Below the pieces are notes generated by a model that saw only the letters and a program-made list of their open reading frames with translations, was not told the DNA's origin and did no database searches. A stretch of DNA of 64,000 nucleotides from Cycas panzhihuaensis (lineage: Eukaryota > Plantae > Cycadophyta). Positions 1 to 10,710 of this stretch are shown here, one piece after another. The stretch covers positions 50,289,741 through 50,353,740 of the forward strand of contig CM041465.1 of the NCBI GenBank assembly GCA_023213395.1, written 5' to 3'. Within the stretch, counting starts at the first letter, position 1. Every line of letters begins with the position of its first letter. A program made the translations under genes and the position numbers.

Positions 1-316
1 CCAATGCTTAGACCTAGCCTTGTAGGGTATCCCTCTCTATGACTACCTGGTTGCTCTCTATGTGGAGTCCATCCAGCTCTCCCTAAAGTTGTCTTATCCT
101 TACTTGGTGTCCTTGGGACTCCAACGCCTACATATCTATAGCCCTGATCAATGGGGTGAATGTCATTGTATATACCCTCACTAATCAAGGCTCCTCTCCA
201 GCTTGGATGGGAGGTTGTCCCTCAACATAGACCTGGGGGAATAACTCCTGGACTACTACCTCTAATAGCCTCCCCATCTCTGTCGCACCTGCCAAATCAT
301 GTACACCATATGTCAG

Positions 317-367
<51 letters not shown>

Positions 368-2261
368 AGCATCAAAATCAAATCAAAGTAAGCTATCTAA
401 GTAGCTAGTAGTCGAAAGATATCGAGTAAGAGTATTGTCTCACCTCTTGGGATAGCTGGCTCCTCCGCTCTGACGACCACCTCCTTCGCAAGAGCTCCCT
501 CAACTGTCGGTCCTCCCTCCTCTACCTTTGGTACTACCTCTCCTATCTCTTGGACTGTTGGGGCATCTCTTACCTCTCCTCCTCCCTTTATCATGGATAT
601 TGTTGCCTCTACTGCTACTACTATGGCCACTATTGCTACCGGTGACCCGCCTACTACTCTCCCCTTGCCTGGTGGCGCGTGTCATGGCCTATCTCTCCTC
701 GTAGGTGATGATGGGCATGCCTCTCCTCCTACAGCTCCTTACAGGATTACCTCTCCTCCTGCAATGCCTAATGGGCCTGTCCCATCACCCCCATTATTGC
801 CTCCACTCTTGTCAGGCTCATCTCTTAGCTCCCCTATTGTGTCATCACTCTCCCAGTATACCCCTCTATATGGGTCCATAATATAGTCTACCAGGGTGAG
901 AAGGTCTAACAACGTTACCTCCACTAACCTCTAGATATATGCATGATCCTCGGTTTCTCTAAACTAAGTCTGCCACCTATGGACCATGGGCACCCATACT
1001 AAGATTGGGTGCGGTCCCCCGGATGGTGCCATTGCTCTAAAATTGTCAAAAACTAGCACTAGAGTAGGGCGCAATACGAGAATCCACCTCTCCATACTAC
1101 TCAAATGGTATCCAACTATACCACCATGTTTGTTGTTATCAAGGCAGCCTAGTCTAGCCTCTCCCCAGCCTTACATCTCCTAACTGTGGCCATCCATCCA
1201 CCCAGAATATCCATGTAGTTCTGTAACAGAACAAAATGGCTATTGTAATGAGCTTCCTCATCCGAGGAATCCTGAACATCACCATAGCCTAAATCAACAC
1301 TTGTTGTTGGTCCCACCTGCCCTAACTTATGAAATATAGAGCCACCTCTGTGTGTGCAACATTTGTGCTAGATAATGTGCCCAATGATGCCAACTCTCCT
1401 CCTATTGGTACCCCTAGAATCCTCCTAATATCTCTTGGTGTGATAGTAATGTCTCCTACCTGGGGGAGATAGAAAATGTGTCGCTGTCAATCCTAGTAAA
1501 ATACTATATCCATTATGAGGTGTCGATCTGATGCATATTGGGGTATCCTGATAACCTTCAAGAGCCTGTAATGTCTCAGGATCGTCCTGTCCCTCTGCGA
1601 CATCATCTCTATAAAGCTCAACATCACAACTTTGATGTTCTCACAATTGTCCACTGTGATAACTGCCTGCAAAACAACCCAAACATTAGTCTAAATACCT
1701 TTCATAGCATGTCATGTCACCCCTGGGATGTCTCTTGCTCTAATTGGATGAGTCAAGCCATCCTTTTGGGCCTCATTTCTTATTTTTTCCATCACCTTAT
1801 CTCTACCCCGTATTAAACTCTCCGGTGCTACAAAGTTTGATATGGGCCCTGTTGAGATTTTCACATCCCCTCAACAGCCCTGTGGCAAACTCCATGACAC
1901 CGCGATCTTTACCATAGGGCCATTGTTTCCCCCCCTAGAAGGAGGACACCCAAAAAAAACCCCAAAAGTATCCTGAGTGGGCCAAGGCTTGGCCAACAAG
2001 GACTAGGGCTACCTAATGCCCTAGTTCTCCCCCTCCACAGGGTCCTAAATTGTCCTTAAGGGGCTAAATCAAGCTATAAAAAACCTTAAAAAATCATTAA
2101 ATGTAAATGATGAAATGAAGAGGGTAAGGGATGATCCACTCATTGGATCTAACCTCGCCACCACCATCTCGTCGTCCTGATCATGTGGGTTGTCTCTGCA
2201 CCTCAATCCAATGGTCAGATCTCCTGCTGTGTGCTCCTAAAATCTAGTAAGGCTCCGCTAT
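1..2261 (-). pseudogene. Plant mobile domain (PMD, aminotransferase-like PF10536) ORF, degenerate and apparently spliced
   Basis: Minus-strand translation of ~1530-1395 gives DRHLIMDIVFY*D*QRHIFYLPQVGDITITPRDIRRILGVPIGG, matching the PMD motif D..LI.AL...W....H.FHLP.GE.TIT..D...ILG.PI.G. Further down are RLD*AAL, SMERWILVLRP and LDLLTLVDYIMDPY (ORF 739-924). Stops are TAG/TGA from TGG/CGA-type transitions. Confidence 0.75.
321..365. repeat. (AT)n microsatellite
   Basis: About 22 perfect AT units. Confidence 0.98.
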
Positions 2262-2327
2262 GTAGAAGGAAGGGCTCTAGATCGATCACAAGCCGATGAA
2301 AATAAATCTCATTTTTACCCTCCTTCC

Positions 2328-2336
2328 TTTATATAT
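2328..2336 (-). promoter_or_regulatory. Candidate TATA box for the antisense PMD unit
   Basis: Minus strand reads ATATATAAA about 70 bp upstream of the inferred mutated start codon at 2261. Confidence 0.35.
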
Positions 2337-2897
2337 GTGGGGGCCCCGAGGGGCCCTTTCTCCTTTTCCTTTGTTGTGGTAGCCTTTGAGACCATCTCTT
2401 TAACCTCATCGCCTTTACCTTTAGGGTTTGTCCCCTATTTCATCTCCATGGCCTCCATTTCAAGCTTTTTGGTGCATTTATGATGACTCCTTCAGTCTCC
2501 TATAGACCCCTTTTTGTCTTATTTTTTATGTTGCTCTAAAATATACCCATGTTTATACTCTTTTAACTCATTTCACCATTCTAGATCCATTTTTGTTACC
2601 TGTATAAGCCTTTAAGGCTCCCAAAGGAAGTGCCTCCCCTTTTCTAAACCTCACCTTGGTCCTTTTAGTGACCTTTGGAGCCCCAAAAGGGCCTTTTCGT
2701 CATCGTCTCCCTACCTCTTTGTCGGGTTGGTTTCCTCACCCCTAGGTAGCCTCTTCTCTGGACTCTCCTTTATGACCCATATTCATAACTTTCTGAGTGA
2801 TTGTAGCCCTGCCGTTATCTTTTCTCCCTTCTTTCTGCCTATTAACCTTGTCGTCACTATTTCTCCTACCATTTGACAGAAACCTTGCTCTTTCACT

Positions 2898-5770
2898 ATG
2901 GTATTACTTATCTTCACTGATGGAGAAAGTCGTGGTAATCTAGGACCTTTTACTACCACGTGTATCCTCCATGACCCCTCTAGATATGACTACATGCATT
3001 CTATAGTCTTTCTCCTCAAGGCCACAAATAATGAAGCTGAATACACAGCTATTATTGAGGCCCTTACCGATGTACTCTATTTCCACCACAGTCCCATTGT
3101 CCTTCCTTGTGACTCTCAAATCATCATGTCACAACTTACCCAGGTTTACTAGGTACTGAGACGCTCTCCGCGGGGCAATGATCCAACGTCTAGCGGAAAG
3201 GGCATAAAAATAATAGGCTAAGCAAGCTAGATAGCGAGGATCATACCTCGTAGGACGTCTGTGCGCCAGAGCGCGGTACGGGACTGCAAGGTGCCTGGTT
3301 GCTTCCAGGTGGCCATGCAAGACGAGGCCTTCCTACCCTTCGGATGGCCGGGAAGGGAAAAGGAACCTCACGGCCGCGCTTCTCAAGGCAATGAGAAGGC
3401 GACGAGGGGGCAACCAACCAAATGCGTAACGGGTCTAGAGCAAGTGTGGCTAAGGGGCACAGGTAAATGGGTCCTCTACTACTATGTTATGCAATGTAAT
3501 AAAGTAATACGAGAAAGCAAATGTAAAATAAGCGGTTATTTTTCCTTTTTCTTTTATGTTCCTTTACCTATCAAAGTAAATGCAAAGAGACATAAGAGCA
3601 TAAAGAAAATACGAAAGATATATGGAAAATACACCGGATACGGCCCCGAGTGAACGCAGGTTCCCTCCCGGTTGCACTCCTTCCCTCCGTCCTCCGCGCA
3701 TGCAACGCCGATCAAGACAACGAAGGGGTTCACTTACCTCCCGAGAACATGCAAGGACTAAATAAACTGAAAGAACAGAAAATAAAGCTCAAAACAAGAA
3801 GGGGAAGAATACTGCGAGAGCCGACCGTAATCAGGTTGATCTCGCGCCACTCCCTCTTAAGCGACCCTCAAGACAAACAGAAGAACGCCTCCTCCTGGAG
3901 AGAGGCTACGGCTACCCGACAAGATATATATGTATATACTGAAAATGAAATCAACTAAGCTAGAAAAATGTAGTTAAGCACCAACATGTAACGAAAATGA
4001 AACAAAGCCGCGCGATAAATATGCGGATTGTCGTACACCATAAAACGCACCAAATGGGATTGAGTGTAGCCTCGGGATGGCTAACTCACCCACAAGAGGT
4101 CTCCACAGGGTATAGGGGAAACAGTGCTAGCATGCAACAAGATGAGTCATGTAATAACAAATTTCTTACACCAAGAGGGAAACTCAACCCAACTCTCCAA
4201 GGCTTCCCTAGCTCCGTTTCCTAAGAAAGCACGGGTGCTAAAGGGAGAGAGGATAAGGGACGGAACCCTTGGGGAGAAGGACGGCAATGGGGGACGGAAC
4301 CCCGCCTATCTCCCTCAAATCCTCGTGAAAACACTTTATGCCGGCTAGCTTAGGAAATGGCGAAAGAGGAAGCTAAGAGGAAGAGGATGGGTTTCAAGGA
4401 AATACAAGAAAATGTGCCTAACCTAGGGCAGCACTCTAGTAAGCCACAACTACTAAGATTACTTGCATCAAACGACCAAGAGAAACTCAAAGAAAGTGCA
4501 TGCAAAAGGGAGGAAAGAATTTGCAAGCCAAACAATGGAAAAAACAAGAAAAAAGCACCAACAAGAGACAATAAATACCTTGAATAGAGAAGAATAAGTG
4601 CATGTAGGTACTTGGCCACTTGGAGCAGCAGCTCAAGCAATGTCTAAGAGGTGGTGTTGAATGTCCTTTGCAAGAGAGTAGAAGAGTAGAGCTTCATGCA
4701 AGTTGAGAGGTTGAAAATGGGTCTTTGAAGTGGTCTTTTTGGTGAAGAAATCCTCATGAAGCTTTGAGTATTTGTGGAGAAGAGTGGTGCTTGCAATGGA
4801 GCTCCGTAGGGGGCATCAATGGCCCTGCAACTCCAGCTGGTAGCAGCCCACTTCACCTCTGTCCCCAATCAGAGAAGAAGTTCTCTTGTTTACTATTTCT
4901 TTGCCTTGTCTTTTGTGGAGAAGTTGCTCTAGAAAACTTGAAAAGTCAAGTGAAGAATGAAGCAAATGAGTGAGAAAAAGGCTTTTATGCCTTGGGCATA
5001 GCAAGTGAACATTGGGGGCCTTGGGGCGCCTCAGACGTGAGCCACGCCAGCTCACAAAAACGCGCCATCGTCGCGTGGTTTCTCTTTTAAATTTTAAACA
5101 ACAGATCACAAGAACTCCGCGATCACTAGTTTACCACTACCAGCATCGACCAAATTCAAAAAAGAGAAAATATAACTTGAAATCGTTTTTGGTAAGGTCA
5201 AAAGCTAGGCATGAAATACATCAATTAGGTGAAGGTCTAGGCCATGGGCAAGTACTCATAATGGTGCAAAGAGCCCTAACTAAGGGTTAAACCGGCTTAG
5301 GAAGGATTTGCACCATAAGTGGCATGTGTGTAACAAGAATAAACAAGCTGGCAAAAGCATCCCGAAAGACCATGGAGACATCGTGAGTGGTTGTACGCCA
5401 TACGGTGTCGATTCACGATGAATGCCCCTCACCGTGAGTCGCCATAAATGAGGGGTGCTGTTAGGCACATGCATTATGGACAGGCAGTCAAACGAATGCA
5501 TGTAGGCAAGCATATGCCAATCAAACTATTCTAAATTACTCCAGCACTCATAAGTAAGAAAAGTAAGAACATATACCTGAACAAACCTCTGTCGATGGGT
5601 CTCGAGTCCATTCCCATTAGCTGGGAAACAGGTACATTACCTATGTTTGAGATCCCTCGCTTTGACTACTAGATCTCTCTTATCTTGTTTCTCCTCCATG
5701 GATATTCAACACATTCCTCGAGACTTAAACGTCAAGGTAAACGGTCTTGTTCATTACATCCTCGAGCATC
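2898..5770 (+). pseudogene. Archaeal/Tat-type RNase H (aRH), split by an insertion at 3154-5640
   Basis: 2898-3153: FTDGESRGNLG...TNNEAEY.A...DSQIIMSQL (RNase HI catalytic D/E/D motifs). Resumes at 5646 with ...MDIQHIPRDLNVKVNGLV (HIPRxxN motif). Confidence 0.85.
3154..5640 (-). mobile_element. Probable solo LTR (~2.5 kb) inserted in the RNase H
   Basis: Flanked by CTAGG (3149-3153) and CTATG (5641-5645), a 5-bp TSD with one mismatch. Removal restores QVY(Q)V(R)DP. The minus strand starts (T)GTAATGTACC. There is no domain ORF, and it shows patchy similarity to the LTR at 6290-8816. Confidence 0.7.
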
Positions 5771-6289
5771 GTCTCTCTCTTCTCGACGATCCTCCTTGAG
5801 GAGCCTATTAGGTTGCCTAATTACCCAGGTTTCAGGATCGTGCCTTCTTCCATTTTGCAATCCATTTACATCTCTTAAAGTTGGTTACTGATGAGGTTAA
5901 ACTATAGTGACCACCAGGTTTGTTTCTTCACCTTGTCCTTCATACCACCCATGGTATGAAGCCCTTGTATGTCAATCTCCACTTGTACATACCTCTTGCC
6001 TATGTTATCTCATTGATTATGCTCATGACTATTAGCATCATTTACCATACATAGGTGTGATGGGGGCATCCCCCTCATCCACCCTCTCTTTCATTAGATT
6101 CTAGGGTGATGCATAGGCAGCCCCTATGTTTCCCATCTCTCCTCCTTGTCCACATGTTTCACCATGACACTCAGCACACCCCTGGACGATGACACCATTA
6201 TAGTTTGATATATGATACTAATCTTTATGTTGACAACATTCACCATCACATCATGCTTCTGAGCAACGAGGCTCTACTGCCAAGAGGGC

Positions 6290-8816
6290 AGCATTTCCTA
6301 GCTACTAGAAATGGATATGGATGACTCACCTCAGGTAATCACAGGTATATTTCTATCCTCATTTTCATTGGCTTCAAGATGCTACTGGATTGTCGATAGA
6401 TGCATATTGCATGCTATTGATTGATTACATGATCATTGTGCTTAGCTTGCCTACATACTCATATTTGCACCTAATATTCTAGCCTATGACGACTTGAGAC
6501 AGGCATCCCATGGCACCTCATAACCCTCTACCATGCCTCCACATCATCTTCAAGCACTTCTGGCTCTTGTAGCCCATTCTTTATCACCTCTTGGTGTGAT
6601 AGGATCCCTAACAACCTATTTAGGCTTGATCATCATCCTTGTTCGCCACTTGTCTCTCTTTAGGGCCTTGTTATCATATTTTTCTCATTCATCATAGTCC
6701 CTTTAGCTCTTAAAATAACCCCCTAGACACCTTACTAATGTATTAGTTTTCTCTTTCATTGTGTAAGGCCTCCTTTTTAAGGAGCCTTCAGGGCTCCCCT
6801 TTGTGTTTTCACCTAGTTTTGAGTGCAGCACTGCAAATTCTATGGTACCACTATAAACTTTGTGGTACTGTGAAGTTTGCCATGGTATGACTATTTATAT
6901 TTATTTTTTTACCTAGCCATAGCCAATTTTGTATTAAATACAAAATTAACACGTCGTGTTGGGTTGTTTCCCACCTAGGGTGAGCCCTAATCCCTCGTTA
7001 GGTTACGGTTGGGTTTAAAAACCCAAAATTTGCCTCATCCTTCCTCTTCTCTCCTCTCCTCTCTAAGGAAATTTCTGAAAAGAAGGCTCTCTCCTACTAT
7101 TACCTATTCTCCACTCCTGCCATCTTCTTCCTTAAGGTAAAACCCTAAGTTACAGGTCTGTAGCAGTGGGTTTTAGGACAGATCTTCTCCATAAGCACTC
7201 CATCAAGTCACAGGCATCAAGTTTGTTTGTATGTTATGCTCTCTCCTCATAACATTGCAAGGGTTCCTCACCAGTCCTTCAACAAAAACCTTTCTCCCAG
7301 TTAACACACAAGGTAGATTTACTTCAAATCTATTTTAATAAGTATCTACAGACCTATACATTATTCCCTTCCTTAAGTAAAAGAGTTTTTCTTACTTATT
7401 TTCTAGTTTGCTTTGTGTGGCCATTCCACACATCTTCATAAAGGAATGCAAACCCTTCATTTTCCTGGGCTTGTTCCCTTACACTTTGAGGCTTTTTCTT
7501 GGGCTCAAACTAAGGAGGTTGAGAGGGAAAGATGCAACAAAGAGCGAAAGGAGTCTTAGGCTAGGGTTCTGACCCTCTTGGCCATCTCCTCAAGGGTAGC
7601 CCCTACTCTTTGCTCTTTTCCTCTCCCATACCTCTCTTATACACCTAAAAAACCTTGGGGTAGGGAACCCTATTAGTTGCAACTTGGGTAGTAGCTTGCT
7701 ATACCTGTAACTAGCCTTCATGCCTTCATGAAATCTGGTTTTAGCAGCAGCACCTTGTGATTTACATAGTCTTAGCTCTAATTTTGTAAATCTTGCAAAA
7801 GTTGCACAAAATAACTTTTGTAACATTTGTAACTTTTACATCTTTTGCAACATTTCTATACATAAATTTTACTACCCTTTTTACTGTTAGAGAAACTTGA
7901 CTTCTTTCTTGATCCATCGTTTGAGTACTTGGATACGTGGAGACATTCCACTTGGAGGGTTAGCCATTCCGAGGCTATCTTTCTTTCTTCCTTTTACCCC
8001 TCTTTTTTCCCATACTCATTGAGTCATTACACATGCACAATAGATGAAGTTAACGTTGTATATGGTGCTTATTTAAAGGATATTTGCATAACATCACTTT
8101 CCTTTTTTCTCTTGATAAGTATACACACACACACATACACACATATGTGTGTGTGTGTGTGTGCTTGCTCCCATGTATGTTTAGTGCTCTTGGGAAAGGG
8201 TAAGCAGCTTGTTGTGCAAGTTTCATGCTTTTTAGAGCAAACAAGGGTCTTCAGAAATGTACGCATGCCTCTCTTGTTATCATCATGTTACTTTGAAATT
8301 TTATTGTAAGCAATTCTTTTTTTTAGTTCTTTCCACACTTTCTCTTTGAGGAAGGTAAGGAAGCCCCGCTAGTATTCCTCTCACAACATTAACTGCAACA
8401 AGGAGTGTTAGGCAGACGAAAGTGGATTGCGTGGAAAGAGAAAGAGCCTTTACACTAACTACCTTGGTTCTAGGTCCACCCCCTTCACTCTATCTTCTCA
8501 CTCATTCCTTTCCCCCTTACTCCTAAAGAAAGAAATGAAAAAAAGGGCAAAATAGTTTGTGTTTTATTGTTCATTACTTATTTGGTTTGATCATATAGGA
8601 GGAAGGGTAGGGAGTTTATACATATAGGTATTGATCTCATCAATTACATCCTCATCCCCCTCTCTTTGCTTGAATCCTATGTCCACTAGAGTTAGAGTGC
8701 AAAAGGTTGTGAGTCCCTCCACCCTAACCTATCCTCTTTCCCATGTATTATCGGGTTAGCTTACATTATCCCTTGCATTCTTTACTTATGATTCTTGCTT
8801 GCTTGGTTCCTGTGAC
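6290..8816 (+). repeat. Long LTR-like block of the Tat-like element
   Basis: Collinear motifs shared with the reverse complement of 3154-5640 (TTTCC.AGCTA..G.AATGGA; CAGGTATAT; GCTTGCCTACAT; AGGTAAG..A.CCCC; AAGGAGTG). Ends near TGTGAC at ~8816. Ends are uncertain. Confidence 0.45.
8119..8164. repeat. (CA)n-(TG)n inverted microsatellite
   Basis: ACACAC...CATATG...TGTGTG, self-complementary. Confidence 0.9.
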
Positions 8817-9441
8817 GCTTCTAAAAGGTAAAGAGAGAGAAGCTAAAATCAAGAAAGAGAGAGAGAGTTGTTGTTTTTTTTCCTTTTCTTTTTTAATTCA
8901 AATATAAATCAGAAATAGTAACAACTCACAATATTACCTCGCTTATTATAAAATAAAAATAAAAGATGCATTACATAGCACATATACATCTAGTCATCCA
9001 TTTCAGGTGTTGATACCTTAGGGAGATCCTCCTTAAGGTCCTTCTCCTCTTCTTTAGTAAGGCATCACTTTGCCTTACCTCTTTTTTGAAGTTGGCCTTT
9101 TCCCATCCAACTTCTTCCTTGTACCTTCGTTACCAATTACCCATTTCTTATTTGTAGGTATACTTTTCTTCCATTAGGGTCTACCTCCTCCTTTTCCCTC
9201 TCCTTGGGAAAGGTATCCCTCATTTCAATCCTCCTTCCTTGGCCATCCAGGATAGGGGGTCCCTTTGAGGCTACTCGACAAACTGAGGAAGCCCTCTTAC
9301 CCATCTTGAATCTAAGAAGGTACTCACCATAAGGGAAGGCTTGTGCACCATTTGTAGGTCCTTAAACCTACGTTTTGATACACGGATGCCCTTTGTGGTT
9401 AATCCTTTCTATTGCTTCCAAAGATCCTTTAGCCCCATGAT

Positions 9442-10710
9442 TGTTAATTATATAAGCTTGATCCTTTTGCATCCGGTGACCCCCTAGAGGTGCACTTCCA
9501 AATATCATGTGAGAATTTAGAATTGCTTAGGCTTCTCTTGATGCCATGTAGAATTCCTATCAGATCTTTGCTAGTTTTACATAATATACATGGAAACCAA
9601 ATAGAAGAATGAACATAAAATGCATAGATTTTAACATGGGAAACCATTTTGAAGGAAAAACCCATAGACGAAGTAATTGTTAATGATTTATTAGATGCAC
9701 TAATGATTACATTATTTCCTTCTCACTTCTATTTTACCCTATCTTGAAACCATTATAAATGATTTGAAGGATACAAACATGAAGAGTTAAGACTCTTCTA
9801 AAAGGTTTAAGACTCTTTTGAATGGTTGCACCCCATCAAACATTTATACTCCTACCCCTTTATATCTCAACCCTTTATGTCCCTTCAAATCTCGATACTC
9901 ATGACTCTTCATATCTCATTCCTAGTTTCCACCACTTACTGCCACATGAAGCATTAACTCTACCATGTGTTAATCATAACCATGGTTGCTAATAAAATAA
10001 ATGCCTTCATTAATGCAATGAATTACACATTATTCTATTTGTGTGAGAGAGTAATAGCATGCTTATGAGATCATCGCTTGATGTCATTTGCATTGTGCAT
10101 AATGTCTATATGAAAAATACCCTATATCTGTGATCTTATTTTTACATTAATACCATGTTAGAATTTAGAATTTAAGTTTGATACCATATTATAATGAGGT
10201 TATTATTATATAATAGAAGTATATCAAACATTTATAATGAATAAATTATATCATGAGGAATGTGCATAAATAATCATATAAAGCAATAACATGAATATCA
10301 AATATCAATCATAAGAAACATGCACCACAAGAGAGACAATGAATTTATATGTGAAAATCTAATGTGGGAAAAACCACACAAAAAGTTGAAGTTGGGAGCC
10401 CCTCTTAGATATCAGAATGATTACATATCTAGGTCAAAAACCTTTTTCTCTCAAGTTCTCAAGTGTTGTATATGCATATTTATATCAATACTCATCTCAT
10501 GAGTAGCCTATAATATCTCTTGAAACTTTACATCATACAATAGAATGTTTTTATGGATCTGTATGCATTGCCAAATCTCTCAATGCATCTCATAAATAGG
10601 ATTATGTGTGGGTTCACAACATTAATATTAAATATTAGATATATGAACAATCACATATTCCAATATAAGTGTCAAAGACAACAAAAATATAACTGTATAG
10701 TCAACACAAA
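9442..10710 (-). mobile_element. Degenerate LTR fragments (Copia-type) with Met-tRNA PBS-like sites
   Basis: Minus-strand TGGTATCA-like sites at 10176-10186 and 10145-10155. GGTTTTTCC...TTTCCCA-type LTR motifs at ~9640-9663 and ~10350-10380. No coding remnant recognised. Confidence 0.45.

Larger units (their letters stand above)
1..8816 (+). mobile_element. 3' part of a degenerate Tat-like (non-chromovirus) Ty3/Gypsy LTR retrotransposon: antisense PMD ORF, extra RNase H, long LTR
   Basis: Order is antisense PMD remnant, archaeal-type RNase H, then a ~2.5-kb LTR-like block. Extra aRH and antisense PMD ORFs are known in Tat-clade elements. gag-pol is not in the window and the boundaries are approximate. 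Confidence 0.55.

Noticed and set aside
3261-5513. Cluster of 60-130 aa ORFs on both strands
   Set aside because: All lie inside the solo LTR, overlap each other and lack domains; expected from higher GC content
7929-8309. ORFs with HTHTH/CVCVC runs
   Set aside because: Translations of the CA/TG microsatellite
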